Translations under genes and position numbers: made by a program
Part shown: piece by piece, positions 1 to 14,511 of the stretch
Numbering within the stretch: position 1 is the stretch's first letter
How the letters are laid out: each line of letters starts with the position of its first letter
Sequence record: OQ411014.1
Reading direction: 5' to 3' (one strand)
Length of the DNA stretch: 64,000 nt
The notes under the pieces: model-generated
Seen by the model: only the letters and a program-made list of their open reading frames with translations
What the model was told of the DNA's origin: nothing
Database searches by the model: none

Positions 1-1
1 A

Positions 2-2350
2 ATGTTGGCTCATTGGTGTCTTTGGAACAAAAAACCTGTTTCCCGTGAAGCTGATAACTTTGGTAAAGTTGTTGTTACATATGACCTAGTAGGTCGTGTA
101 CACCTTGACTACTTAGCACTTTACAAGAAACACGCCGGACAAGTTGAACAGTCCTATCGTCTAGATGATATTGCTGAGAAAGTAACTGGCGAAAACAAAG
201 TTGCATACGATGGTTCTTTGAACAAACTATACAACGAAGATTACAAAATGTTCTTACGATATTCTAAGCAGGATAGTATCCTACTGAAGAAAATTGATGA
301 GAAGATGGACTTCATCAGTCTACATAACCGACTAGCTCATAAAGAATGTGTACTAATCAGTACTACAATGGGTTCGGTAGCACTAATCGACACATCTATC
401 ATCAACAAAGCACACAAACGTGGTGAAGTAGTTTTTGATAAGAAGAATCAGGACGAAGTTGAAGTTGATGATCGTTATGATTTTATGGGTGACGATAATG
501 ATGATGGTGAAGAAGAGAAAGTAGCAGCAAAAGCAGCGGGTGCATGGGTACAAGATCCAGTACTGGGTTTAGTTGACTTCTTAGGATGTACTGACTTTAA
601 CAGTCTATATCCAACAGTTCTTCGTTCACTAGGTATGAGTACTGAATGTATTATCGGGCAATTGCGTCATGATTATACTGAAGCACACCTTGAGAAACGT
701 GTTGCAGACCAACGTGCTAAATCTAAATCCAAAGCATTTGAACCGGATTGGACAGCAGCATGGCATGGTTTGTTTGCTAGTATTGAGTTCACAATGGTTC
801 GTGAGAAATCACAAAGCCTAATCAATGTTGATTTGGAAGATGGTAGTACTTTCCAAGCAACTGGTGAACAACTATATGAACTAATCTTTGCTGAAGATAG
901 TACTATTGTTCTTTCCGCTAACGGAACACTATTTGATAAAACCAAAAATGGTGTAATCCCAGAGATCCTTACTGAATGGTACTCTGAGCGTAAATGTCAG
1001 CAGAAGATGGTCATCGATTATAAACACATGTACAGTGACGGTTGGGAATTGCCTTCATCTTCTCTTGACAAGATTGAAGCTGCTATGCAAAACTACACAG
1101 CAGGTACAGAATTTTACCGTACTAACTTACATGATGATGACCCAGTATATCTCCTACGTATTGCACTAACTAATGCAAACTATGAAGATGTAGCTAAACT
1201 TGTGGTTGAGAACGGTCTAGTACTGAAAGATGGTCGTCTATTCTGTAAGAAAGAAGATAAAGACTACTTCAAGAAACAAAGTGCGTTCTGGAAACAGAAC
1301 CAGCAGATTCGTAAGATTCTTCTGAACTCCCTCTATGGTGCACTACTAAACAAAGGTTCTCGTTTCTTTGATAAGCGTCTAGGTCAGTCTGTAACCCTAA
1401 CAGGTCGTAGTATGACTAAACACATGGCATCTCGTATCAATGAGATTGTTACTGGTGAATACAACCACGAAGGTGGATGTGTAATCTATGGTGATACCGA
1501 CTCCGTATATTTCAGTGTTGCTCACTATATGAAAGAACAAGGTTTTGAATTCAACCTAAACCGTACTGAAGTAGTTGATTTGTATGTCAAGATTGGTGAT
1601 GAAATGGGTGAAAACTTCTATGAATTCATGAATGATAGCTTCAACACTGGTATTGAGAAAGGTAAATTGGTTGGTGCAGATCTTGAGATGGTTGGTTCAC
1701 GCGGACTATTCCTGAAGAAGAAGCGTTATGCTATTCTGAAGTACTGGGAAGATGGTTTCCGTAAAGATGAAAATGGTGAAGTTGGTGAAATCAAAGCGAT
1801 GGGATTGGAAATCAAACGTTCCGATACACCTAAGTACATCCAGAACTTCCTACAAAGTACTTTGATTGCACTACTTGTTGGTGAATCCGAAGATGAACTT
1901 CGTGCTCGTGTTCGTGAATTCAAATGTACATTCAAGGATAAACCATCACATGAGAAAGGTGCTCCACGTACAGTGAAGAAGTACACTCATCACGAGGAAG
2001 AGTATCAGAAAACTGGTAAATGTTCCGTATCACACGTTCTAGCTGCAATTCAGTGGAACAAACTATGTGGAATTTACGAAGATAAAACTGTACCAGAAGC
2101 AACTGACGGTACTAAAGTAATCGTCTGTGATCTAAAGCCAAACCCTACAGGTATTCTGAAAATTGGTTATCCAATTGACTGTGTTGAATATCTACCTGAA
2201 TGGTTCCTTGACTTACCATTTGATGATGATAAAATGGAACAATCAATTCTAACCAAGAAACTAAACAACATCTTTGGTATTCTTGATATGGATATTGGTA
2301 TCAATGAGAAGAGTACACTAGCACTTGACAGTGGTTTCTTCGAGTGGTAA
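2..2350 (+). CDS. Family B DNA polymerase (T4 gp43-like), 5'-truncated by window edge
   Basis: PolB motifs DFNSLYP, KILLNSLYG, YGDTDS, KKRY in the ORF translation. Confidence 0.97.
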   Translation: MLAHWCLWNKKPVSREADNFGKVVVTYDLVGRVHLDYLALYKKHAGQVEQSYRLDDIAEKVTGENKVAYDGSLNKLYNEDYKMFLRYSKQDSILLKKIDEKMDFISLHNRLAHKECVLISTTMGSVALIDTSIINKAHKRGEVVFDKKNQDEVEVDDRYDFMGDDNDDGEEEKVAAKAAGAWVQDPVLGLVDFLGCTDFNSLYPTVLRSLGMSTECIIGQLRHDYTEAHLEKRVADQRAKSKSKAFEPDWTAAWHGLFASIEFTMVREKSQSLINVDLEDGSTFQATGEQLYELIFAEDSTIVLSANGTLFDKTKNGVIPEILTEWYSERKCQQKMVIDYKHMYSDGWELPSSSLDKIEAAMQNYTAGTEFYRTNLHDDDPVYLLRIALTNANYEDVAKLVVENGLVLKDGRLFCKKEDKDYFKKQSAFWKQNQQIRKILLNSLYGALLNKGSRFFDKRLGQSVTLTGRSMTKHMASRINEIVTGEYNHEGGCVIYGDTDSVYFSVAHYMKEQGFEFNLNRTEVVDLYVKIGDEMGENFYEFMNDSFNTGIEKGKLVGADLEMVGSRGLFLKKKRYAILKYWEDGFRKDENGEVGEIKAMGLEIKRSDTPKYIQNFLQSTLIALLVGESEDELRARVREFKCTFKDKPSHEKGAPRTVKKYTHHEEEYQKTGKCSVSHVLAAIQWNKLCGIYEDKTVPEATDGTKVIVCDLKPNPTGILKIGYPIDCVEYLPEWFLDLPFDDDKMEQSILTKKLNNIFGILDMDIGINEKSTLALDSGFFEW

Positions 2351-2395
2351 TATAAATGAATGAACCCCAGAAATGGGGTTCGATAAGGATAAAAT

Positions 2396-2812
2396 ATGAA
2401 AAATATTTATGAACGTATTGGTGAAGCAATTCTACAAGGTACTAACAGCCTGTTCTTGGTATGTGACAGTACTGAAGTAGCGTTAGTCAAACGCAAATAC
2501 AATTCCATTGGTACAACCAATCTAAACGGTATTGTATACACCGTATTTGACTTACAGGACGAAGTATCTAATACAGACTCTGACGATTTATCAGAAATGT
2601 ACCGTATTCTTCCTGTATCGCCTTCTACGCAGCCAAACATTACACCTAGTCACAATCATTGGTATAGTCCAAATAACCCGTGGAACGACCCGTGGAATGA
2701 TTGGAATCGAATGAACCCTCTCACTACACCAGTAACACATCCATTCTGGGACAAATTTGGTACATGGTCTAGTACTACTGACTATGATGTGACTTACAAA
2801 GTAAAGAAATAA
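2396..2812 (+). CDS. Hypothetical protein with N/P/W-rich C-terminal half
   Basis: 138-aa ORF, AAGGA RBS upstream; no recognised domain. Confidence 0.7.
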   Translation: MKNIYERIGEAILQGTNSLFLVCDSTEVALVKRKYNSIGTTNLNGIVYTVFDLQDEVSNTDSDDLSEMYRILPVSPSTQPNITPSHNHWYSPNNPWNDPWNDWNRMNPLTTPVTHPFWDKFGTWSSTTDYDVTYKVKK

Positions 2813-2824
2813 AAGTTCAAAAAA

Positions 2825-2854
2825 ATGAGACGTATCTATTTTCTGTGATATAAT
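2825..2854 (+). promoter_or_regulatory. Phage-specific (middle-type) promoter ATGAGACG-N11-TGTGATATAAT
   Basis: Fixed-spacing motif repeated upstream of many replication genes; here upstream of the sliding clamp. Confidence 0.75.
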
Positions 2855-2906
2855 AGATACGTAAATTGATGATGTTACCATAAACAAATATTTTGGAGAT
2901 ATAATA

Positions 2907-3638
2907 ATGGATCTACGCAATGTACTACGTGACCTAGTAAACACCACTTCCGGTATCGATTTCACCTGTATCGCAGTTTCTAATGAAGACCGTGGTGAAG
3001 GTCAACGTGTGTATATGGAATCTTATACAGAAGACAAAACCCTAGTAATGCGTGCTTTCACTAAAGAGAACGTACCAGACTTCGAAGGTCGTTTTGGTCT
3101 AACCAACCTCGGAACTCTTCAAGGTCTAATGAACCTCAAAACCTTCAGTACTGAAGGAACTACTATCACAGTAAACCAGAAAGCTGGTAAGGTTCAAAGT
3201 CTAGGTTTTGCTTCTGAAGATGCAAGTACTGTATTCGTTGTACAGTCCGAGAAATTCATTCCAGCACAACCACGCTTCACTGAGAAAGATTATGCAGTAA
3301 CAGTTGTCCCAACTGCTGCTAAAGTTCAAGAACTAAAGAGCTTCTCTGGTGTGTTCAAGGCAATCAGTGCACTAGCTACTCCATACACTGAAGACGGCAA
3401 TATGTTCTTCCACGTTGGTGAAAAGAACAAGAATAACCACACTGGTGCGATTCAGTTCTCTAAAGCTGAAGGTGATTTGAAACTACAATACGGTTATGCA
3501 ATTGACCGCATTCTTCAAACCCTAGGTCGTGTATCCAATGCAGAATCTGCTTCACTGTCTGTAAGTGCAACTGGTATTCTGAAAGTTACAATTGATACTG
3601 GTCTTGTTGTTTATCAGTTCTTTGTACACGGTTGCTAA
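2907..3638 (+). CDS. DNA polymerase sliding clamp (gp45-like)
   Basis: 243 aa, alternating beta/alpha pattern with FGLTNLGTLQGLMN segment as in phage clamps; near polB. Confidence 0.7.
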   Translation: MDLRNVLRDLVNTTSGIDFTCIAVSNEDRGEGQRVYMESYTEDKTLVMRAFTKENVPDFEGRFGLTNLGTLQGLMNLKTFSTEGTTITVNQKAGKVQSLGFASEDASTVFVVQSEKFIPAQPRFTEKDYAVTVVPTAAKVQELKSFSGVFKAISALATPYTEDGNMFFHVGEKNKNNHTGAIQFSKAEGDLKLQYGYAIDRILQTLGRVSNAESASLSVSATGILKVTIDTGLVVYQFFVHGC

Positions 3639-3645
3639 TATTTGA

Positions 3646-3673
3646 TGGGAGATGAATAATCTCCCAATTTTTT
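3646..3673 (+). terminator. Intrinsic terminator
   Basis: TGGGAGAT-N5-ATCTCCCA followed by T run. Confidence 0.75.
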
Positions 3674-3688
3674 ATTCAGGAGAATACA

Positions 3689-4309
3689 ATGGCAGTCCCA
3701 CGTTTTATTGCTGACCCACATTTGGGGCATCGTAACATTCATAAGTACAGAACAGTATTTGAAAGTCAAAAACATAACGATTTGTATTTCATTCGTGTTC
3801 TTCAAGAATGTAGTACTAAACGTGATAGTATGTTCTTTCTAGGTGATGTAGTATTTGATGAGTACTATCTTGGTGCAATCAAAGAACTTCCTGGTAAGAA
3901 AATTCTTATTCCAGGAAACCATTGTACTGAATATATCCCAATGAAGAAGCTGGTGGATGTGTATGATGAAGTACATGCTTTATTGAAATATAAAGAGTTC
4001 TGGCTCTCACATGCCCCACTTCATCCTGACGAATTGCGTGGGAAACGAAACATTCATGGTCATGTACATACTGCATCAGTACCTGACACAAAGTACTTAA
4101 ACGTATCAGTTGATAGTACTTTTATGAATTATCTACCACGTACACTAACAGAAGTACGAACTGCTTTTGGAGAGCAACAAAGTACTTCACAGCATTACCG
4201 AGGAATTGATGATGCAGATGCATTATCAGTTATTACCTCAAATCCAATTTCCAAGAGTGCATACTATTGGGCGTTGGAAGAATCACGGAAGATTACAATT
4301 ATTTTATAA
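3689..4309 (+). CDS. Calcineurin-like metallophosphoesterase
   Basis: Motifs DPHLGH, GDV, GNH, HGHVH. Confidence 0.9.
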   Translation: MAVPRFIADPHLGHRNIHKYRTVFESQKHNDLYFIRVLQECSTKRDSMFFLGDVVFDEYYLGAIKELPGKKILIPGNHCTEYIPMKKLVDVYDEVHALLKYKEFWLSHAPLHPDELRGKRNIHGHVHTASVPDTKYLNVSVDSTFMNYLPRTLTEVRTAFGEQQSTSQHYRGIDDADALSVITSNPISKSAYYWALEESRKITIIL

Positions 4310-4319
4310 GGAATAAAAA

Positions 4320-4520
4320 ATGCCACTATATACATTTCGCTGCACAGATGAGAAGTGCAACCACTCTGAAGACAAAATTGTAAAGATTGCAGATCGTGAG
4401 AATCCACGGCCTTGTACTAAATGCAATGGTGAAATGCGTCATGAGGCATTTACTGCAGGGGATAAAGGTGCTAACCTATATTTCCGTGGTAACTGGTTCG
4501 CAACAACAGGGAGATACTAA
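4320..4520 (+). CDS. FmdB-family zinc-ribbon protein
   Basis: MPLYTFRC..C / CxxC pattern typical of FmdB-like proteins. Confidence 0.8.
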   Translation: MPLYTFRCTDEKCNHSEDKIVKIADRENPRPCTKCNGEMRHEAFTAGDKGANLYFRGNWFATTGRY

Positions 4521-4521
4521 T

Positions 4522-4818
4522 ATGACTAAACTACGAGCAAACACGGATTACGTTATCGTTGAACTAGTAGGTACTAAGAGCAACGTTACCGAAGCAGGTA
4601 TTATCATGTCCAACGTTGAACAACCAACTCTAGGTCGAGTCATCAGTGTTGGAGCAGGTAAATACTTACCTAATGGTGAACGTCAAGAACATAACATCAT
4701 CGATGGTGATATTGTTATTTTCGGTAAGTCATCACTCAACCAACCAATCCAGATTGATGAAGATAATGTATACTACGTCATGAAGGTTGATGAAGTATTT
4801 GGAACCTATAATGTCTAA
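4522..4818 (+). CDS. groES: Co-chaperonin GroES-like (copy 1)
   Basis: Start reassigned to ATG 4522 (GGAG RBS); D.VIV, TEAGII mobile loop, GRVISVGAG, GDIVIF. Confidence 0.88.
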   Translation: MTKLRANTDYVIVELVGTKSNVTEAGIIMSNVEQPTLGRVISVGAGKYLPNGERQEHNIIDGDIVIFGKSSLNQPIQIDEDNVYYVMKVDEVFGTYNV

Positions 4819-5530
4819 AAAACTACCATTTTGGATAATCCCCGCTCACTGGGGGTTGTCCGGTAAAGCAAAGAAAATTGCTCAAATCAACTATTACAGT
4901 ACTGATCAGTACCAAGCAGATTATGAATGTGCAGAACATATCTATTTGACTGAATATGAAATTGATTCAGCACGTAATGATATTGCGTTGCGTCATAGTA
5001 AGATTCAGAATCTGGAATACAGACTAAACAAACTATCCATTGATGAAAAGCACGGTCGAATCACTGAAAACGAACAAAAGAACAAAGCACTTGACATTCG
5101 TTTGGAAGAGAAAGATATTAGTGAAAAGGATTATGACCGTGAAAAACTTGAACTCCTTCCTGATGGTGAAGAGAAGAGTATTGGAACTATTGAGTACTTG
5201 TTCAAGTACCATGAAATTACTGAACGTGAATATAGCAAAGAACTATATACGTTGCGTAAAGAGCCGTGGATGGATTTCGATTTAGAATTGAATCAAGAAA
5301 CGAATGAGATTGAGTTATCATTTGACTATAATGAATTCTTCTGGAAGAAGTTGAAACATGATGGTCATCCAGGTAATGATGAATATGAAATCATCGAAAA
5401 CTTCATTCGTGATTGGGGACGTAAGATGGCATCAGATGAATACGTAGATGATTACGATTCTAAACTGATGAATGAGAATACTGAACCAGATCTTACTGGA
5501 CTACCGGAAGGTTATCGAGTTTATAAATGA
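4811..5530 (+). CDS. Hypothetical acidic helical protein
   Basis: Long ORF with phage codon usage; probable start ATG 4811. Confidence 0.7.
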   Translation: MSKKLPFWIIPAHWGLSGKAKKIAQINYYSTDQYQADYECAEHIYLTEYEIDSARNDIALRHSKIQNLEYRLNKLSIDEKHGRITENEQKNKALDIRLEEKDISEKDYDREKLELLPDGEEKSIGTIEYLFKYHEITEREYSKELYTLRKEPWMDFDLELNQETNEIELSFDYNEFFWKKLKHDGHPGNDEYEIIENFIRDWGRKMASDEYVDDYDSKLMNENTEPDLTGLPEGYRVYK

Positions 5531-5534
5531 CAAG

Positions 5535-5567
5535 AAAAAAGGAGAACATTGCGTTCTCCTTTTTTTT
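5535..5567. terminator. Bidirectional intrinsic terminator between convergent genes
   Basis: A6-GGAGAAC-N5-GTTCTCC-T8. Confidence 0.85.
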
Positions 5568-5583
5568 ATACTATACTGAAAAA

Positions 5584-6240
5584 TTAATCAAGAATAGCAG
5601 GAATCTGCTTGTGAATCTTGATTGCGAAGTTACCTGCTTGAGCAGGAGTCGCAGATGATTCCAATTTAACTTCACCACCAGTACTGGTCATGAATGGAAC
5701 ACCTGTTAGGTCATCAATTAGTAGACGGCCTTGGTCGATTGCAGTAGTTGGTACGCCTTGGAAAGTAGTAGCGTCACGGTCAAATACGTCAGCACGTTCG
5801 ATTAGGAAAGTGAGAGCACTTGCACCAGTAACGGAAGCAGCACCAGAGATACCATTTGGAGCGTTTTTCCAACCAACAACATCAGCAGCTTGTGCAATGA
5901 GGGAGGTGGATAGAATTACCGCACGTTGTTGAACAACGTCGATAACACGCTTCATATTTGTTTGAGCAGCGAAAGCAGCAGTGTAGTCAACTTCTACGGT
6001 AGCTTCTACGAAAGGAGTGCCGTCAACACGAACTACACCTTTATCGTTTAGGAAAGCAGTGATTTCATCACGCTCAACTGTGTTTAGAAAATGTTGAACA
6101 CCCGCATATGAACATGGAGCACCAGTCACAGCGATAACAACATCACCAGCATTTGCAACAGCGATGGAAACTAGGGCGTTTTTACCATAGAAATAACCAA
6201 GAACGCCACTCTCGGAGAAACCATTAATACGTTCTAACAT
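5584..6240 (-). CDS. Putative virion structural protein (paralogue of 6258-6821)
   Basis: Ala/Val/Gly-rich; shares QRAV(I/L)xTSL and T(F/Y)xIERxDVF motifs with neighbour; downstream of late-type ATAAATA box. Confidence 0.6.
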   Translation of the reverse strand: MLERINGFSESGVLGYFYGKNALVSIAVANAGDVVIAVTGAPCSYAGVQHFLNTVERDEITAFLNDKGVVRVDGTPFVEATVEVDYTAAFAAQTNMKRVIDVVQQRAVILSTSLIAQAADVVGWKNAPNGISGAASVTGASALTFLIERADVFDRDATTFQGVPTTAIDQGRLLIDDLTGVPFMTSTGGEVKLESSATPAQAGNFAIKIHKQIPAILD

Positions 6241-6257
6241 GTTAATTCTCCTTTAAA

Positions 6258-6821
6258 TTATTTAAGTACAGGTAGTGCAGCAAACACTTTAATAGCAACT
6301 GGAACAGCGTCAGCAGCAGAACCGTCTTGTTTGCGGAATACACCAGCTTGACCTAGGTCAGCAACGAATTCAGCACATGGATCAACTGGAACTGGGTATG
6401 CAGCACCTGGACGAACAGCTTGTGCGTTAAACACATCTTGACGTTCGATGATGTAAGTGATACCGAAAGAAGTAGCAGTTAGAACGCCAGTAGAACCGTA
6501 AGCGATTACGTTACCGTCAACTTTACCGAAATCAGCAACAGTTGCATCTACTTCGCCTTTAGCTAGTAGAGAGGTAGTAACTAGTACTGCACGTTGGGAA
6601 AGTAGTTGTGCAACCATAAATTGGTTGTAGTTTGCAGCAGATAGAGCGGTCTGAGCAGCGTTATCGCCAATTTCAGTACCGTCAGGTTGAATAGCGGTTT
6701 CGCCAATTTCAACGTCAGCAGGTAGAGATAGAACTACAGTTACAAAACCGTTATCACCACCCCAGAATTCACGACCATGTGCACTCATGCCATAGTTACG
6801 ATCAAAAGTATTAAGACTCAT
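6258..6821 (-). CDS. Putative virion structural protein (paralogue of 5584-6240)
   Basis: Same shared motifs; AAGGAG RBS on minus strand. Confidence 0.6.
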   Translation of the reverse strand: MSLNTFDRNYGMSAHGREFWGGDNGFVTVVLSLPADVEIGETAIQPDGTEIGDNAAQTALSAANYNQFMVAQLLSQRAVLVTTSLLAKGEVDATVADFGKVDGNVIAYGSTGVLTATSFGITYIIERQDVFNAQAVRPGAAYPVPVDPCAEFVADLGQAGVFRKQDGSAADAVPVAIKVFAALPVLK

Positions 6822-6867
6822 AAAAATCTCCTTGTCTAATTTGTTGCAGATTAATCCTGCTTAAAGT

Positions 6868-6875
6868 TATTTATC
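6868..6875 (-). promoter_or_regulatory. T4-like late promoter box GATAAATA (minus strand)
   Basis: Resembles T4 late consensus TATAAATA; upstream of 6821. Confidence 0.5.
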
Positions 6876-6944
6876 AATTGTGTATTTGCATAACACGGAA
6901 AAGGATGAAATAACATCGTTTTATATGAATTTATTTATCAAATT

Positions 6945-6974
6945 TTGAGACACACAGATTTTATGTGCTATAAT
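6945..6974 (+). promoter_or_regulatory. Middle-type promoter TTGAGACA-N11-TGTGCTATAAT
   Basis: Same spaced motif; upstream of T4-type RNase H. Confidence 0.75.
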
Positions 6975-6982
6975 ACTACTGA

Positions 6983-7993
<1,011 letters not shown>

Positions 7994-7994
7994 T

Positions 7995-8495
7995 ATGCCA
8001 GTACTAAAAATACTAACGGACTATGCATTCATTGCTGAAACTAACGCAGGTGATAAGATTGGTATTCTAATCAATCACGCAGAAGACAGTACTGAACGGA
8101 ATGGGATTGAATTTATTTGTCCAGACGGAACATTAGAATTCAATACTATTGAAGAACTAGAATCTATTATGGGTGAGAAATTCACCTATAAAGAAGTAGA
8201 AACGAAAGATGCGACAACTTCATCTAAGAGTATTGGTGATTATCCTGTAAATGACACAGATAGTGTTTATGATGTACAGGAAGACCCAACAACTGGTTAC
8301 AGTACTTTCTCTAAGAGTAAGAAGTCTAAGAAGCGTTTCTACCCAGGTTGGTTCTTGGTAAAATCCAGTACTGGAACATATAATCCACGGATGACTATCA
8401 GTACTGACATTTATGATGAACGTATTGATACTGATGAACTTTATGGTCCTTTCAAGACATTTATGGAAGTTACATATAAACTAAAAGGACTATGA
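7995..8495 (+). CDS. Hypothetical protein
   Basis: 166-aa ORF in operon with rnh. Confidence 0.7.
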   Translation: MPVLKILTDYAFIAETNAGDKIGILINHAEDSTERNGIEFICPDGTLEFNTIEELESIMGEKFTYKEVETKDATTSSKSIGDYPVNDTDSVYDVQEDPTTGYSTFSKSKKSKKRFYPGWFLVKSSTGTYNPRMTISTDIYDERIDTDELYGPFKTFMEVTYKLKGL

Positions 8496-8496
8496 T

Positions 8497-11803
<3,307 letters not shown>

Positions 11804-11817
11804 TAATTATAATATAA

Positions 11818-13145
<1,328 letters not shown>

Positions 13146-13146
<1 letters not shown>

Positions 13147-13175
13147 GGAGATAAATTCACTTTTTGTGATATAAT
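13146..13175 (+). promoter_or_regulatory. Middle-type promoter TGGAGATA-N11-TGTGATATAAT (SSB P1)
   Basis: Spaced motif. Confidence 0.7.
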
Positions 13176-13241
13176 AGATTTACCAGCTAGTCTGGTGAAG
13201 TAAAAGACTTGAGATTGTCTCTAAAAAATCTTAAAAAATTA

Positions 13242-13271
13242 TTGAGCATTTCGAAAAGAATGTGATATAAT
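13242..13271 (+). promoter_or_regulatory. Middle-type promoter TTGAGCAT-N11-TGTGATATAAT (SSB P2)
   Basis: Spaced motif. Confidence 0.7.
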
Positions 13272-13364
13272 ATAAACATCAAGATGATACGGAAATAAAA
13301 CAACATCTTGATGGTAACAAAGAAACCTAATATAAACCAAGAAACAACGTAAAGGAATACAAAT

Positions 13365-14426
13365 ATGAAATCTCTAGCTGAAATTCGTGCTCAACTACAA
13401 GCTCAAGAAGAAAAAGCCACCGCAATCAAAAACGGTACTTTTACTGGTGAACGTAAAGCTGACGCTTTCCTAGCTTTCTGGAACATCCCAGAGAACACTC
13501 CACTAAATCTACGTTTTCTACCAGATGCGGATGAGAACAACCCATTCTTCTGGCGTGAACGTGACATGATTACACTTGAGTTCAACGGTATCGTTGGTAT
13601 GCACTCTGATAAAGTACGTGTTCAAGTACCATGTAATGAAATGTGGGTTCCAAAATCCTGTCCTGTAACTAACGAACTACGTAAGTGGTACGAAGTTGCT
13701 AAAGAGACTGGTGATGAAGCTCTAAAACAACAAGCAAGCAAATACTGGAAAAAGAAATCCTATCTACTACAATGCTTTATCGCTCCTGATTCTGTAGCTG
13801 TAAAGGATGATATCGCTCCAGAAAACCCAATCCGTCGCGTTCTAGTGAATAAAGAGATTTTCAGTAAAATCACTTCTATTCTAATGAACCCAGGCATCAA
13901 AGAAATGCCAGTTCACTATGAAGGTGGTCGTGACTTTGGTGTAGTAAAAACTAAAAACGGTGGTGGCTTCAACCAGTACAATATGTCCCAGTTCTCCATG
14001 TCTGAGCGTCCATTGAATACTGCTGAACGTGCTGCAATCGAAACATACGGTCTATTCGACCTAGGCGAATTCATGCCAAAACAACCAACTCCTGAAGAAC
14101 TACAAGCAATTGCTGAAATGTTCGAAGCATCAGTTGATGGCAAACCATATGACCCTGCACGTTGGGCTTTCGCTTACCGTCCAGCAGGTGTTCAAAAACC
14201 AACTAGCGGTGCACCTTTTACTCCAGCACCACAACAAGCTCCTACTACTCCTGCTCCACAAGCACCAGTACAGGAAAGTGTTCAACAACCTGCTCCACAG
14301 GCTCCAGTACAACAACCTGTACAACAGCCAGTACAAACTCCAGTAACTCCTGTTACTCCAGCGGCATCTACCGCTCCAGTATCAGCAGCAGATTTGGTTG
14401 CTCGTCTAAAGATGCAAAACAAATAA
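13365..14426 (+). CDS. Single-stranded DNA-binding protein (gp32-like)
   Basis: LRFLPD..PFFW, CPV..YWKKKSY, F.KI, G.DF..K, Y..S.F; directly upstream of uvsX. Confidence 0.88.
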   Translation: MKSLAEIRAQLQAQEEKATAIKNGTFTGERKADAFLAFWNIPENTPLNLRFLPDADENNPFFWRERDMITLEFNGIVGMHSDKVRVQVPCNEMWVPKSCPVTNELRKWYEVAKETGDEALKQQASKYWKKKSYLLQCFIAPDSVAVKDDIAPENPIRRVLVNKEIFSKITSILMNPGIKEMPVHYEGGRDFGVVKTKNGGGFNQYNMSQFSMSERPLNTAERAAIETYGLFDLGEFMPKQPTPEELQAIAEMFEASVDGKPYDPARWAFAYRPAGVQKPTSGAPFTPAPQQAPTTPAPQAPVQESVQQPAPQAPVQQPVQQPVQTPVTPVTPAASTAPVSAADLVARLKMQNK

Positions 14427-14468
14427 TCTGAAGTTGAAGTAAGTAGTAAAGGTAGTATAATAGATAAA

Positions 14469-14493
14469 GGGGCAAAGGATTTGCCCCAATTTT
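14469..14493 (+). terminator. Probable terminator hairpin
   Basis: GGGGCAAA-N3-TTTGCCCC then short T run. Confidence 0.6.
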
Positions 14494-14511
14494 ATTCATG
14501 GAGAAGAATAT

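Noticed and set aside
2362-2381. GAACCCCA-GAAA-TGGGGTTC hairpin after polB
   Set aside because: Real stem with a GNRA loop but no T tail; cannot tell terminator from stabiliser, so not listed as a feature.
2676-2705. Short CCGTGGAA tandem repeat (NPWNDPWNDW)
   Set aside because: Two 12-bp units in a low-complexity protein segment; no evidence of a regulatory or variable locus.
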